Shown: in pieces, positions 18,447 through 28,238 of the stretch
Layout: the number at the start of each line of letters is the position of its first letter
Numbering within the stretch: position 1 is the first letter of the stretch
From: Planctomycetes bacterium HGW-Planctomycetes-1
GTDB taxonomy: Bacteria; Planctomycetota; Phycisphaerae; Sedimentisphaerales; UBA12454
Direction of reading: 5' to 3'
Assembly: GCA_002839495.1 (NCBI GenBank)
Contig: PGYD01000003.1
Span: forward strand, 1-58,675
Length of the DNA stretch: 58,675 nt
Notes under the pieces: model-generated
Seen by the model: only the letters and a program-made list of their open reading frames with translations
Told to the model about the DNA's origin: nothing
Database searches by the model: none
Program-made: the position numbers and the translations under genes

Positions 18447-20255
18447 ATGGCAAATTTCTACAAAGATAACGACGATATTCAGTTTTTATTCAGGCATATG
18501 GATATGGCGGGCGCTGCCAATCTTATAGAAGAGGGCTTCAAGTTCGCGAAGGACTTCGATTACGCCCCCGCGGATGCCGCAGAGGCAATCGAAAATTATG
18601 ACCTTGTGCTCGATTCGATAGGCAAACTCAGCGGCGACTTTATTGCTCCGCGCAGCGAAGATATCGACAGACAGGGAAGCACTCTTAATGAAGACGGCAC
18701 TGTCAGCTATGCCGACGGCATAAAGGAATCGCTCGATATGCTCGCCAAGGCACACGTTATGGGCTCCACTTTGCCGCATAGATTCGGCGGACTGAATTTT
18801 CCAAACCTTGCCCACTCAATCTCCATCGAAATAGTTTCTCGTGCTGATGCTTCGTTAATGAATCTTTTCGGTCTTCAGGGTATAGCCGAGACGATTAACG
18901 CGTTCGCATCGGAAGAAATAAAACAGAAATACCTGCACGATTTTGCGGCAGGAAAAATAACCGGCGCAATGGTTCTGACCGAACCGGACGCAGGAAGCGA
19001 CCTGCAAAGCTGTAAATTAAGGGCTTTTCAGGATGACAGCGGCAACTGGTACCTGCACGGCGTAAAACGCTTTATAACCAACGGCTGCGGCGAAGTGCTG
19101 CTGGTTCTTTCCAGAAGCGAGCCGGACAGAAGCGGCGGACTCGGCTTGAGTTTGTTTGTCTGCGACAGAGGCCCAACGGTTCATGTTCGCAGAATTGAAG
19201 ACAAACTCGGTATTCACGGTTCGCCCACCTGCGAATTGTTCTTCGATAATACGCCCTGCGAACTGATTGGCGAAAGAAAACGCGGACTTGCTCCTTATGT
19301 TATGACTCTTATGAATGGAGCGAGGCTTGGCATATCGGCTCAAGGACTCGGAATCGGAGAGGCCGCTTTCAGGGTTGCCAGAGATTACGCCGCCAGCAGG
19401 AAGCAGTTCGGCGGGCCGATTGAAAAACTGCCCGCGGTTCGCGATATGGTTATAGATATGAAAATCGACGTCGAAGCCTCTCGTGCGCTTCTTTACGAAA
19501 CAAACAGAGTGGTCGATTACGATGTCGGATATACGAAAAAGCTCGAATTCGACCCGCCTGCGGACAAAGAAGAGCTTAAAAAACTCAAAGAGGTTTCCAG
19601 ACGATACGGACGATACGCGGGAATGCTTACGCCGATGACGAAGTATTTGAGCTCGGAGATGTGCAATAGGGTCGCGTATAATTCGATACAGGTTCTCGGC
19701 GGCAGCGGATTTATGCGGGATTATCCGTGCGAAAGATACGCCAGAGACGCAAGAATTACGACGATATACGAAGGTACGAGCCAACTGCAGGTTGTTGCTG
19801 CCGTCAGGGGCGTTTGCAGCGGAACGGCAGAAAAATATTTTGAAGAACTCGCGGCAGGACACTACGAGCCGCAGGTTAAAGACCTGCTGGATATTCTTAA
19901 ACAAAACACAGAGATTCTGCTCAAGGCGGCGGCTTTCGTAAAGGAAACAGGCGCAGATTATATGGACCTTTGCGGCAGGGCGCTTGTGGATTCGGCGATT
20001 TATATTATTTGCGGCTATTTATTCTGCGGACAGGCGAGCAGTAAATTCGATATGGAAGTTGACACTGCCGACGGCAAGAACAATGGTAAGCCGCAGAAAG
20101 TAAGTATGAAAAAACGCAAGGGAATGCTTGCCAGAAGATATATAACGAAAAATTCGCCGCTGATAAAGTCGCTTGTCGATATGATACACAGCGGCGATAA
20201 ATCGACGTTCGAACAATACGAGACTCTTGCAGGACCGGTACCACAGGAGAAATAA
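18447..20255 (+). CDS. acyl-CoA dehydrogenase
   Basis: LTEPDAGSD, KRFITNG, KLGIHGSPT, RKQFG, IYEGTSQLQ. Confidence 0.94.
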   Translation: MANFYKDNDDIQFLFRHMDMAGAANLIEEGFKFAKDFDYAPADAAEAIENYDLVLDSIGKLSGDFIAPRSEDIDRQGSTLNEDGTVSYADGIKESLDMLAKAHVMGSTLPHRFGGLNFPNLAHSISIEIVSRADASLMNLFGLQGIAETINAFASEEIKQKYLHDFAAGKITGAMVLTEPDAGSDLQSCKLRAFQDDSGNWYLHGVKRFITNGCGEVLLVLSRSEPDRSGGLGLSLFVCDRGPTVHVRRIEDKLGIHGSPTCELFFDNTPCELIGERKRGLAPYVMTLMNGARLGISAQGLGIGEAAFRVARDYAASRKQFGGPIEKLPAVRDMVIDMKIDVEASRALLYETNRVVDYDVGYTKKLEFDPPADKEELKKLKEVSRRYGRYAGMLTPMTKYLSSEMCNRVAYNSIQVLGGSGFMRDYPCERYARDARITTIYEGTSQLQVVAAVRGVCSGTAEKYFEELAAGHYEPQVKDLLDILKQNTEILLKAAAFVKETGADYMDLCGRALVDSAIYIICGYLFCGQASSKFDMEVDTADGKNNGKPQKVSMKKRKGMLARRYITKNSPLIKSLVDMIHSGDKSTFEQYETLAGPVPQEK

Positions 20256-20260
20256 CAAGG

Positions 20261-20944
20261 GTGTTAAAGGCCGTAATATTCGACTTTGACGGAGTGATTT
20301 CGGATTCCGAACCGTGTCATTTCGCGGCCGCAAACGAAGTGCTTAAGGATTTTGGCGCTCAAATCAGCAAAGAGGAGTATTACGCCGAGTATCTGGGTTT
20401 TACGGATTACGAACTTTTCGAAGCCGTCAGAGACAAAAGCAAAGCGGATTACAAAGACGTTTCCATCGACCGGCTCGTCGAAAAAAAAGCAGCCGCTTTT
20501 GAAAAACTTATCAAACAAATCGACCATCTGATTGACGGTGTTCCGGAACTGATTGAACAGCTTAAAAATAACAAGATAAAAGTCGCTATTAATTCCGGCG
20601 CCTGTCTTGCTGATATAAAAATTATGCTCGCCGGCTCATCTATTGAGAAATCTTTCGATGTTATTGTTTCCGCCGATGATGTTGAGCGAGGCAAACCCGA
20701 CCCCCAGGGCTATCTTATGGCCATTGAAAAACTTAATGTAGTTTTTGATTCGATGATTCAGGCCGGCCAATGTGTGGTTATCGAGGATTCACGATGGGGG
20801 ATTATTTCCGCCAAAAAAGCGGGGATGAAGGTAATTGCCGTAACCAACAGCTATCCTGCCGATGAATTAAACGAAGCGGATTTGGTGGTAGATTCCGTCA
20901 GGCAGCTTAAAATCGGCGATTTGCAAAAGTTGTGTTCGGCTTAA
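20261..20944 (+). CDS. HAD family phosphatase (beta-PGM-like)
   Basis: FDFDGV, KPDP, IEDS. Confidence 0.9.
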   Translation: MLKAVIFDFDGVISDSEPCHFAAANEVLKDFGAQISKEEYYAEYLGFTDYELFEAVRDKSKADYKDVSIDRLVEKKAAAFEKLIKQIDHLIDGVPELIEQLKNNKIKVAINSGACLADIKIMLAGSSIEKSFDVIVSADDVERGKPDPQGYLMAIEKLNVVFDSMIQAGQCVVIEDSRWGIISAKKAGMKVIAVTNSYPADELNEADLVVDSVRQLKIGDLQKLCSA

Positions 20945-21522
20945 AAAACCCGCAATTTTTCGATGATATAATCGATGATTTCGTTATCCGCATTAGTGTC
21001 AAAAACCGTCTTTGTCCAGATATTTCCAATCAATATGCTGACGACTAAATCGGTCTGCTGCTGGGCGGAAAACTTATTGCCTATCAGTTTCAAATCCCTG
21101 CACTGGATTATCAACTGGCGGTATTGGTCTATATACCATTGCCAGAAGCCGTCTAATTTTTGTTTTATCGGGGATTTTAAAAGATGCCCCTGCGTGCTGA
21201 TATGTAATATAAGTTTGCAGTTTACCCACTGGCCGGAACAGTTTAATTCGAGAATTTGTCCGATTACGTTTTTCAGCTTTTCGAGAGGGTCGGCATCTTT
21301 CGGCAGGGACTCGAATATATTTTGATAATCTTTTTGTATATCGTCTATTATTTCGGTACAGATAGCCTCTTTGCTTTTGAAGTAATGATAAAACGCTCCT
21401 TTCGTTATCCCAACCGCAGTGATTATGTCGTCGATGGTCGCTTCGCTGTAGCCGTGGGTGCTGAACAGGTTTTTCGCCGCGTCGATGATTTTCTGTCTCG
21501 TAGTTATTTTTTCAGCGGTCAT
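20941..21522 (-). CDS. TetR/AcrR family transcriptional regulator
   Basis: IIDAAKNLF...GY...TIDDI...GITKGAFYHYFKSKE HTH. Confidence 0.92.
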   Translation of the reverse strand: MTAEKITTRQKIIDAAKNLFSTHGYSEATIDDIITAVGITKGAFYHYFKSKEAICTEIIDDIQKDYQNIFESLPKDADPLEKLKNVIGQILELNCSGQWVNCKLILHISTQGHLLKSPIKQKLDGFWQWYIDQYRQLIIQCRDLKLIGNKFSAQQQTDLVVSILIGNIWTKTVFDTNADNEIIDYIIEKLRVF

Positions 21523-22568
21523 TTCGGCAAATCCTGCAGAGAATGCTTGATAGCTTCTAAAAGCGTATCTTTATTTTTATCAATCCAGGAGCATTTTCGC
21601 TGAATCATTTTCAGGAAGTCGCCGCCGGAGAGATTTATAAAAAAACCTGTTGCCGCTATCGGCAGAACCGCCTCTGCTATAAGAGTTTCAATCATCAAAT
21701 CCGGCAGGGTTTCGAGCAGCTTTTCTTCGGGCATATTTACTTCGCAGTAGCCGCAGATAAAGTGGACCAGTTTTGACTGGTCGAGATAATCAGGCCAATC
21801 AGCAGGGTTGGGTCTTCCGCCTACGATTGAAAACTGCAAAGCTCCATTGGCGATGTCCGTTATGGCCGGCGCGATTTTGAGCGAATCGTAATCGAGAACG
21901 GCGACGATTTTCCCGCCGCTAAAGAGCATATTGCCGGGATGCCAGTCTCCGTGAATAATCTGGCTCGGCCAGTTGTCGAAGCCGTACTGGTTTATATTTA
22001 CACTTGAGTTATTATACATTGTCATCAGCAGTTCCACGGTTTTGCGGAAGCCCTGTTTGGTTTCGCCGTTTTTCTCGGCGCTGATTTTCTTCAGATGGCT
22101 TCTTACAGAACGGCAATCGTGAAAGCTGCCTTTAAGCGGCACGGATTGATACGAAAAATTTTGCAAAAAGCTGTGGAATTTCGCCAGCTTGGCGCCGGCG
22201 TCCACGACAGCTTCCATTTTGCCTTCAAAACGCGCCCCGTTCGTAAATTCGAAAAGCTCGTAAATATGACCTTCGAGTTCGAGAAAAGTATTTTTTTCGT
22301 CCTTGGCGGGGATAAGACGCGGAACCGGAAAATTTTTATCTTTAAGGTAGTTCTGTACCGCGTGGGCGAATGCGACACGGTAGTGGTCGTCTTTGCCTTT
22401 TGCCCGTCTTTTGAGCAGATATTTGCCGGTGTCGGAAACGACAATCTGTTTCGGCGCGCGTCTATTGCCCGATACGAGCGGCTTTATGTGCTGGATAATG
22501 CCGATATCGTAATGGCTCAGGACAAGAGCAAGCTCCTGCGATGTAAAATGTGCGCCTCCTTTTGACAT
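21519..22568 (-). CDS. aminoglycoside phosphotransferase / type II homoserine kinase-like protein
   Basis: IIHGDWHPGN and VLDYD motifs. Start moved to MSKGG at 22568, which has a GGAG SD. Confidence 0.82.
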   Translation of the reverse strand: MSKGGAHFTSQELALVLSHYDIGIIQHIKPLVSGNRRAPKQIVVSDTGKYLLKRRAKGKDDHYRVAFAHAVQNYLKDKNFPVPRLIPAKDEKNTFLELEGHIYELFEFTNGARFEGKMEAVVDAGAKLAKFHSFLQNFSYQSVPLKGSFHDCRSVRSHLKKISAEKNGETKQGFRKTVELLMTMYNNSSVNINQYGFDNWPSQIIHGDWHPGNMLFSGGKIVAVLDYDSLKIAPAITDIANGALQFSIVGGRPNPADWPDYLDQSKLVHFICGYCEVNMPEEKLLETLPDLMIETLIAEAVLPIAATGFFINLSGGDFLKMIQRKCSWIDKNKDTLLEAIKHSLQDLPK

Positions 22569-22649
22569 AATAACTCCGCAAAAGACCAAAAACAGTAATA
22601 TAATGGGCAAAAACGGCTAATTAGTCAATGCAAAATACGGGAAAGGGGG

Positions 22650-23888
22650 TTATTTTGAGGCGAAAAGAAAGACAACCAGCAGCACAAGAACCGCTATTAC
22701 CGAGCTGAGAATAACGACCAGTACCTTGTACCTGCTTATCAGGGCCTCATCGTGGTAAACATTTACCTGTGTATCGATGAATTGGCCGTCCTGAAGGTCC
22801 TGCAGGTCGTCGAGATTGAATTTTCTTCTTGCCCTTAAAGGAGGCTCTCCCCTGCGAACAGCGTTAAGGTCTGCCAGCAGTTCTTCAGCGGACGGATACC
22901 TGTCTTCTTTCTTTTTTGCCATCATCATTTCGATGACTTCCGATATTCCCGCCGAGAGCGATGTGTTGATATGGTCCGGCGGGATAAGCGGCTCTCTTAA
23001 ATGTTTTTTCATTACTTCCGAAGGAGTCGAGGCCTCGAACGGTACCCTTCCGGTAACCATATTATAAAAAGTGGCTCCGAGTGAATAAATATCGCCTCGG
23101 GCATCAAGGTCCATTTCACCCCTGATTTGTTCGGGAGAAATATAATAAGGCGTGCCGAAAGCCTTTCCGGCTTCGCTCTTAGCCATCTCTATATCAGATG
23201 CGTCGCGGGCAAGACCGAGGTCTGCGAGCTTTACGATGCCGGCGGGATTAATCATTATGTTCTTCGGCTTAACATCTCTGTGAATCAGTCCTCGTGCGTG
23301 GGCGTGGGCAAGGGCGTTGGCGACCTGTGTTATGACATCTATCGCTTCCTGTTCGGAAAAGATTTTGCCTTTGGAAATGTCCTCATAAAGAGTTTTGCCC
23401 TCGACATATTCCATTACAAAGTAATGATAACCGCCCGCTTCGCCTACGTCATAAGCCCCCACGATATTATTATGATTTAATTTGGCCGCCGCTTTACCTT
23501 CCTTATAGAACCTTTTGACATAATCCTGATTTTCGCTGAATCTGCGGGGCAGAATCTTTATCGCTACGATACGGTCGAGGCTGAGCTGTCTTGCCTTGTA
23601 AACGATAGCCATCGCGCCGGCGCCGAGTTTACCGAGGATTTTATAGCCGGGGATTTGTTCCGCTACGTCCTTGGTTTCTCTCGTACTTTCCTTACTGACC
23701 TGCTTTAATCTTTTTGCTTGGTTAGGAGTGATGAAACGGTTGGATATTAAAAGCTGTTCGAGTGTAATCGGCTCGTCCTTGGGACGGTCCTTGATTTGTT
23801 TTTTGCAATATGCCAGTTCCTCTTCGGTGCAGTATCCCTGGTCGATAACCATCTTGCCAAAAATCGAATCGTAATTCGTTTCGCTCAT
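22650..23888 (-). CDS. Hanks-type Ser/Thr protein kinase with C-terminal TM anchor
   Basis: GAGAMA, VAIK, HRDVKPKN, DLGLA, GTPYYISPEQ and a hydrophobic C-terminus. Confidence 0.95.
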   Translation of the reverse strand: MSETNYDSIFGKMVIDQGYCTEEELAYCKKQIKDRPKDEPITLEQLLISNRFITPNQAKRLKQVSKESTRETKDVAEQIPGYKILGKLGAGAMAIVYKARQLSLDRIVAIKILPRRFSENQDYVKRFYKEGKAAAKLNHNNIVGAYDVGEAGGYHYFVMEYVEGKTLYEDISKGKIFSEQEAIDVITQVANALAHAHARGLIHRDVKPKNIMINPAGIVKLADLGLARDASDIEMAKSEAGKAFGTPYYISPEQIRGEMDLDARGDIYSLGATFYNMVTGRVPFEASTPSEVMKKHLREPLIPPDHINTSLSAGISEVIEMMMAKKKEDRYPSAEELLADLNAVRRGEPPLRARRKFNLDDLQDLQDGQFIDTQVNVYHDEALISRYKVLVVILSSVIAVLVLLVVFLFASK

Positions 23889-23905
23889 TACACTTCCATT
23901 TGCTC

Positions 23906-24922
23906 TTATGTATAGCAGTCTTCTGGACCAATTATCTTAAGACATTGGCCTTTGTCAAAGAAAAATTGCCGTAAATCCGTACATAAATGACACTTACCAG
24001 AATATAATCGGCTTTTTTCGTATCCTTGTTTAACAGCTTTTTCGAGCAGGCCGGCAGGGCCCTCATTAAATAATACGCTCAAAAACTCTTCTTTGGCCGG
24101 GTCAAAATCAAGCCATACCTGCTCCAGAGGCTTTTCGTTGATATTTCCAATGATTATTCCGCTGCATACCCCGCTGAAAATATTGCCGTAAGGGTCAATA
24201 TGAATGCCCTTAGAGCCCAGAAAGGAGTTTTTGCAGTTTTTTGGGGCTATTTCTTCAAATTCTTTGTTTGCAAGCGCTTGCGCAAGTTTTCCCGCCGCCC
24301 GGCCGGTAAATCGGCAGGGATGTTCTTTAATAGAATTTATGAAAAATTCGGTCTTTTCTTCTTCACAAAGGTCTTTGACCGACAGGTCTTTTTGGAGGTA
24401 TTCCTGCCAGCGGACAAGCACCCTTTCGGGGCCGAGGATTTGACGGGCGGTTTCCGCCAGAAGTTTAACCCTGCCGTACTCGACAAATTCAGCGTGGAAA
24501 GGGTCATAGCTTATCTTCAGCTTTTTGACGTTATGAGTATCAAGAAATTTAAGCTTGTCGATAATGTCGGATTTATTGTCTGCCCATGAGCCGTTGGTTT
24601 CCACCATATCGACAGTGCCGAGGTTAAGATTCGCGGCTTTTTCGAGCAGTTCGGCAAGGTGCTGCCAGTATAAAAACGGCTCGCCGCCGGTAATGTGTAT
24701 TTTGGCGGATTCACCTGCGATGGCTTTTAAGCCCTTCCATGCGGCTATAGCGTTTTCGATGCTTATAAGGCCCGCCTTTTGAGGTTCGCATTTATAATAG
24801 CAAAAGCCGCAGGCGGCGGAGCATTTGTAGGTTAGCAATAGACCCAACGATGTCCAGAGTTTGAACTTGGGCATTTCGGGGCTCAAAGACCGGTTGTACG
24901 CATTGTCATTAAGGTCAAACAT
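23906..24922 (-). CDS. radical SAM protein with C-terminal SPASM/twitch-like cysteines
   Basis: CSAACGFC, TGGEPF, IDPYGNIFSGVC, CHLC. Confidence 0.88.
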   Translation of the reverse strand: MFDLNDNAYNRSLSPEMPKFKLWTSLGLLLTYKCSAACGFCYYKCEPQKAGLISIENAIAAWKGLKAIAGESAKIHITGGEPFLYWQHLAELLEKAANLNLGTVDMVETNGSWADNKSDIIDKLKFLDTHNVKKLKISYDPFHAEFVEYGRVKLLAETARQILGPERVLVRWQEYLQKDLSVKDLCEEEKTEFFINSIKEHPCRFTGRAAGKLAQALANKEFEEIAPKNCKNSFLGSKGIHIDPYGNIFSGVCSGIIIGNINEKPLEQVWLDFDPAKEEFLSVLFNEGPAGLLEKAVKQGYEKSRLYSGKCHLCTDLRQFFFDKGQCLKIIGPEDCYT

Positions 24923-25232
24923 AAAACACTTGCGACAAATATAAGTCCCGGTGTCCGGTGGGCGGATGAAAATAAAGTGAAATATAAAATAATTGCAAAT
25001 TTTTTATGAAGCCCTGCTGCCCGCCGACGCCGTTTTTATAGGACACGCATAAATGGTACAAATCGGGCAGGAAAGTGCAACTATATAATGTAAAAATTTT
25101 ATCGGCCTGCCGATATATAGTATCCCGTGTTATGGGGCGTTAAAAACCGCCATTTTGGGGCTTAAAGAAAAATTACCCTTTGTTCCGATATTTAAATAGC
25201 GGAAAGATGATATAACATTTGGAGATGAAAAA

Positions 25233-25385
25233 ATGAGTAAGCGGGAAGTAATCGACTTTATCTGTCAAATCAACAAGAGCGCAAAACCTGAATTTCTTGC
25301 TCGTTTTTCGATTTCCGATTTAAGCAGCTATCTCGATAAACTGATGGAAATTGACACGCGGGAACTGCAGCTTGTAGAAACCTAA
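25233..25385 (+). CDS. 50-aa small protein MSKREVIDFICQINKSAKPEFLARFSISDLSSYLDKLMEIDTRELQLVET
   Basis: GGAG at 25221-25224, ATG at 25233, TAA at 25383-25385; fills an otherwise empty ~530-bp gap; amphipathic helical pattern. Confidence 0.7.
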   Translation: MSKREVIDFICQINKSAKPEFLARFSISDLSSYLDKLMEIDTRELQLVET

Positions 25386-25451
25386 AATCATCGACAAAAA
25401 GCCGATTTTCTCTCTTCTAATTCAAGTCTTGTGCCTGAATCCACGCAAAGT

Positions 25452-26534
25452 TTATAACGAAACGGGTATTTTGTCTCCGCTGACCAGCTTTCCAATTTGA
25501 GCGGCAGAATTCAGCTTAAATTGTATCATTACCGGAACGCTATCGGCGGAAATGTAAAATACAAAGTCATACCATTTTTTGCCGCCGGAGAAATCTTTTG
25601 AGGTAAGATTAATCTCGTTGGTAAGATTTTGAATTTCGACAACATTTCCTTTCCTGATAAAACCGATAGGAAACGCCAATTCAGCGCTGCCTGTAAGGTC
25701 GTTTGCAGATTCATTGGCTTTACAGGACAGCCTTATCTGAGATGTTGTAAATGACATTGTTCCGCTTTCCGGCATTGCTCCACCGTCTTTTATGTTTCTG
25801 TTGCTTATTCCGGTTCGGACGATAACAATCTTTTTACCCGAAGGAGGACTCAACGGCTGATTATCCGAGGCGGATACGAGTTCAGCGGGGGCGAGCCATG
25901 CGGCCTTGACTTCAACAGCCTGATTTCCTGTGATAATCGTGTTGTTTTTATTTATTCCGATACGATTCAGATGTATTTCATTAATAAAATCAGGATGAAA
26001 TACCGCAAGACTCTTTTTCCCGCTAATCGAACCGCGGCTGAACCACGAAGCGAGAGAGGCAGTAAAGCCGTCGGCATTTAAAATCAGCCCTTTATCGGGT
26101 TGGGTCGGACGAAGATTCTTATTTTGCGGATTGAAGCGTCCATAAGGCAATTTTGTTCCTATCGGCATCAGTGCGGCGGCTATTAAAACGGCTCCCGCAA
26201 TGACAAGGCCGGTAAATATAGAGATAAAGGACCTTACAGCTATATCGGGGAAATCGCCGAAATGCACATTTTCCGGTGCCAGCTTTTCTGCCAGGACGTT
26301 TAGCAATAAGAAAACAAGAACAAAAATAACTATAAAAGTGCCGCCGAAGACCCATTCGCCGCCGTAGCCGTAACCGAGTATCAATCGTCCCGCCGTCTCG
26401 AAAAAGGACAAAGCTGCGGTCGAGCCGATAAGTGCGTTCATCAGGAGCGTAAATGATTTTATTGTCGAGCCTTTGACATAAATAAAGCCGACGGTTGCGA
26501 GTATTACCACTATTACGATAAGTTCTGCGAGCAT
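25452..26534 (-). CDS. CvpA-like membrane protein with large soluble C-terminal domain
   Basis: About 4 N-terminal TM helices in a CvpA-like pattern followed by a beta-rich domain; last gene of the pilus-ATPase operon. Confidence 0.55.
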   Translation of the reverse strand: MLAELIVIVVILATVGFIYVKGSTIKSFTLLMNALIGSTAALSFFETAGRLILGYGYGGEWVFGGTFIVIFVLVFLLLNVLAEKLAPENVHFGDFPDIAVRSFISIFTGLVIAGAVLIAAALMPIGTKLPYGRFNPQNKNLRPTQPDKGLILNADGFTASLASWFSRGSISGKKSLAVFHPDFINEIHLNRIGINKNNTIITGNQAVEVKAAWLAPAELVSASDNQPLSPPSGKKIVIVRTGISNRNIKDGGAMPESGTMSFTTSQIRLSCKANESANDLTGSAELAFPIGFIRKGNVVEIQNLTNEINLTSKDFSGGKKWYDFVFYISADSVPVMIQFKLNSAAQIGKLVSGDKIPVSL

Positions 26535-26547
26535 ATTTTATAAACCT

Positions 26548-28206
26548 TTAACTTTTTGCCTGTGTTTTTTTAGCGCCTTCACGAGATGCCGAGAGGGTCT
26601 GGATGACTTCGTTCACGGAAGTTATGCCCTCAGCGACTTTTCTTATAGCCTGTTCCTGCAGATAAAGCATTCTTGCCCGTCTGAAGATACCTGCGATATC
26701 GTTCATACTTTTCGCCTGTTTTAGAAGTTGCTTTATCTGGTCGTCGAATATAATTGTTTCGAATACAGCCGTTCTGCCGTAAAAACCCGTACCCTGACAA
26801 TGCGGACAAAGAACGGGTTTGCCCCGCTTGTAGTGGGGCTCTCCGGGTTTGTAAAACGCGGTGATTTTGTCTGCCGGAATGTTATGTTTGCGAAGCAGTT
26901 CTTTGTTGGGCTCATAAGGCTGACGGCACTGTGCACATAGTTTTCTTACTAATCTTTGATTGCTTATGCCTATAACGCAATCGATAGCCGCATTCCTGTC
27001 TGCGACGAAGTTTATCCATTTGCTAATCGCTTCTACTGTACTTGTTGTCTCGAAAGTGGCGTAAACTATTTTGCCGTCTCTTGCGGCGGCGCAGGCAAGT
27101 TTTGCGACATTTTTTTCTTCACAATGCTCGACGCCCACAATATCCGGGCCGACCCGCAGTATCGACTGAAATTTTTTGGAGTAGGTTGTCGTCCCTGTAT
27201 CGCTGAGCGAAAAGGCGTTTTGCGTTATATTCGGCACTTCTCCGGCCGGGCGTTTTTCAAGGGTGTTGATATTATTCAAAAACGGGTCGTGATTTCGAAT
27301 AAGTGCATAAAACGTAGTGGTTACGCCGCTTTTTTTGGGGCCTGTTACAAGGAATACTCCGGTTGGGCCTTTGGCGACTGCTTTGAGTTTTTCAAGCTGG
27401 TCCGGCATTAGTCCCAAATCCGGCAGCATCTTAAAGCTGTATTCGGCCATAGATTTAAGTTTTACCTGCTCGCCGGCGGTTGTTCCTGCCGTCGTTACTT
27501 CCCAGACGAAGGTATTGCCGTCTTTTTGCACCGTGAATTTGCCCACTTGCGGTTTGCGGTGCTCTTCGATGTCGAGGTCGGCAAGGTTTTTCAGGTAACG
27601 AATAAAGTATTCGATTTCCTCCCTGCCTCTGGGCTGTTGTTTTGCCATAACGCCGTCGATTACATATTGAACGCTGTACTGCTGGTCGGCAGGCGTAAGC
27701 AGGACGTATTCCGCTCGTCGCCATATAGCATCATCGAAAAATTCCTGTGAAGTTTTATAGCCGAAAAATTCAGGGGTTTGGGTGTTCGGTACAGGAGCCT
27801 TGTTTTTGTTGGCAGTGATAAAAACAAGACCTTTTGTGATTTTTTTGACCTGTTTCTGCTCATTCACAAAGAGACTTTTAATATGACCTACCGTAAGTAT
27901 TTTATGATATACGTCAACGATGCTGTTTCTGTGTATGATATATACTATTGCGGTTGTGCCCACGGCGATTACGTACATCAGCAGGCCTATTATGAAAAGC
28001 GGTATGATAAGCCAGACAAGCAGACCTGCCGCACCTGCGGCAAAGACAGTAATAGTCCATTTTTGCACCATTGTTCTGACTTTAACTGCGTCCTTATTTA
28101 CCCATTTCAGCAGGGGCAGCCAGGCGAGAAATCCCAATACAAAAACGGCCAGTTTGACAGGTGAGACATAAAAGCCCATCTCAATCGTCGCTGTAATTGT
28201 CGGCAT
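26548..28206 (-). CDS. membrane-anchored GspE/PilB-like protein with degenerate ATPase motifs
   Basis: DIEEHRKPQVG, QRLVRKLC, CPHCQGTGFYGRTAVFE; Walker A reads GPKKSGVTTT; N-terminal TM helices. Confidence 0.82.
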   Translation of the reverse strand: MPTITATIEMGFYVSPVKLAVFVLGFLAWLPLLKWVNKDAVKVRTMVQKWTITVFAAGAAGLLVWLIIPLFIIGLLMYVIAVGTTAIVYIIHRNSIVDVYHKILTVGHIKSLFVNEQKQVKKITKGLVFITANKNKAPVPNTQTPEFFGYKTSQEFFDDAIWRRAEYVLLTPADQQYSVQYVIDGVMAKQQPRGREEIEYFIRYLKNLADLDIEEHRKPQVGKFTVQKDGNTFVWEVTTAGTTAGEQVKLKSMAEYSFKMLPDLGLMPDQLEKLKAVAKGPTGVFLVTGPKKSGVTTTFYALIRNHDPFLNNINTLEKRPAGEVPNITQNAFSLSDTGTTTYSKKFQSILRVGPDIVGVEHCEEKNVAKLACAAARDGKIVYATFETTSTVEAISKWINFVADRNAAIDCVIGISNQRLVRKLCAQCRQPYEPNKELLRKHNIPADKITAFYKPGEPHYKRGKPVLCPHCQGTGFYGRTAVFETIIFDDQIKQLLKQAKSMNDIAGIFRRARMLYLQEQAIRKVAEGITSVNEVIQTLSASREGAKKTQAKS

Positions 28207-28238
28207 CAGTTACTCCGATATTTTCCTTAAATATTATT

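Noticed and set aside
20941-20944. Convergent HAD and TetR genes share a TTAA stop
   Set aside because: A common compact overlap with no further signal.
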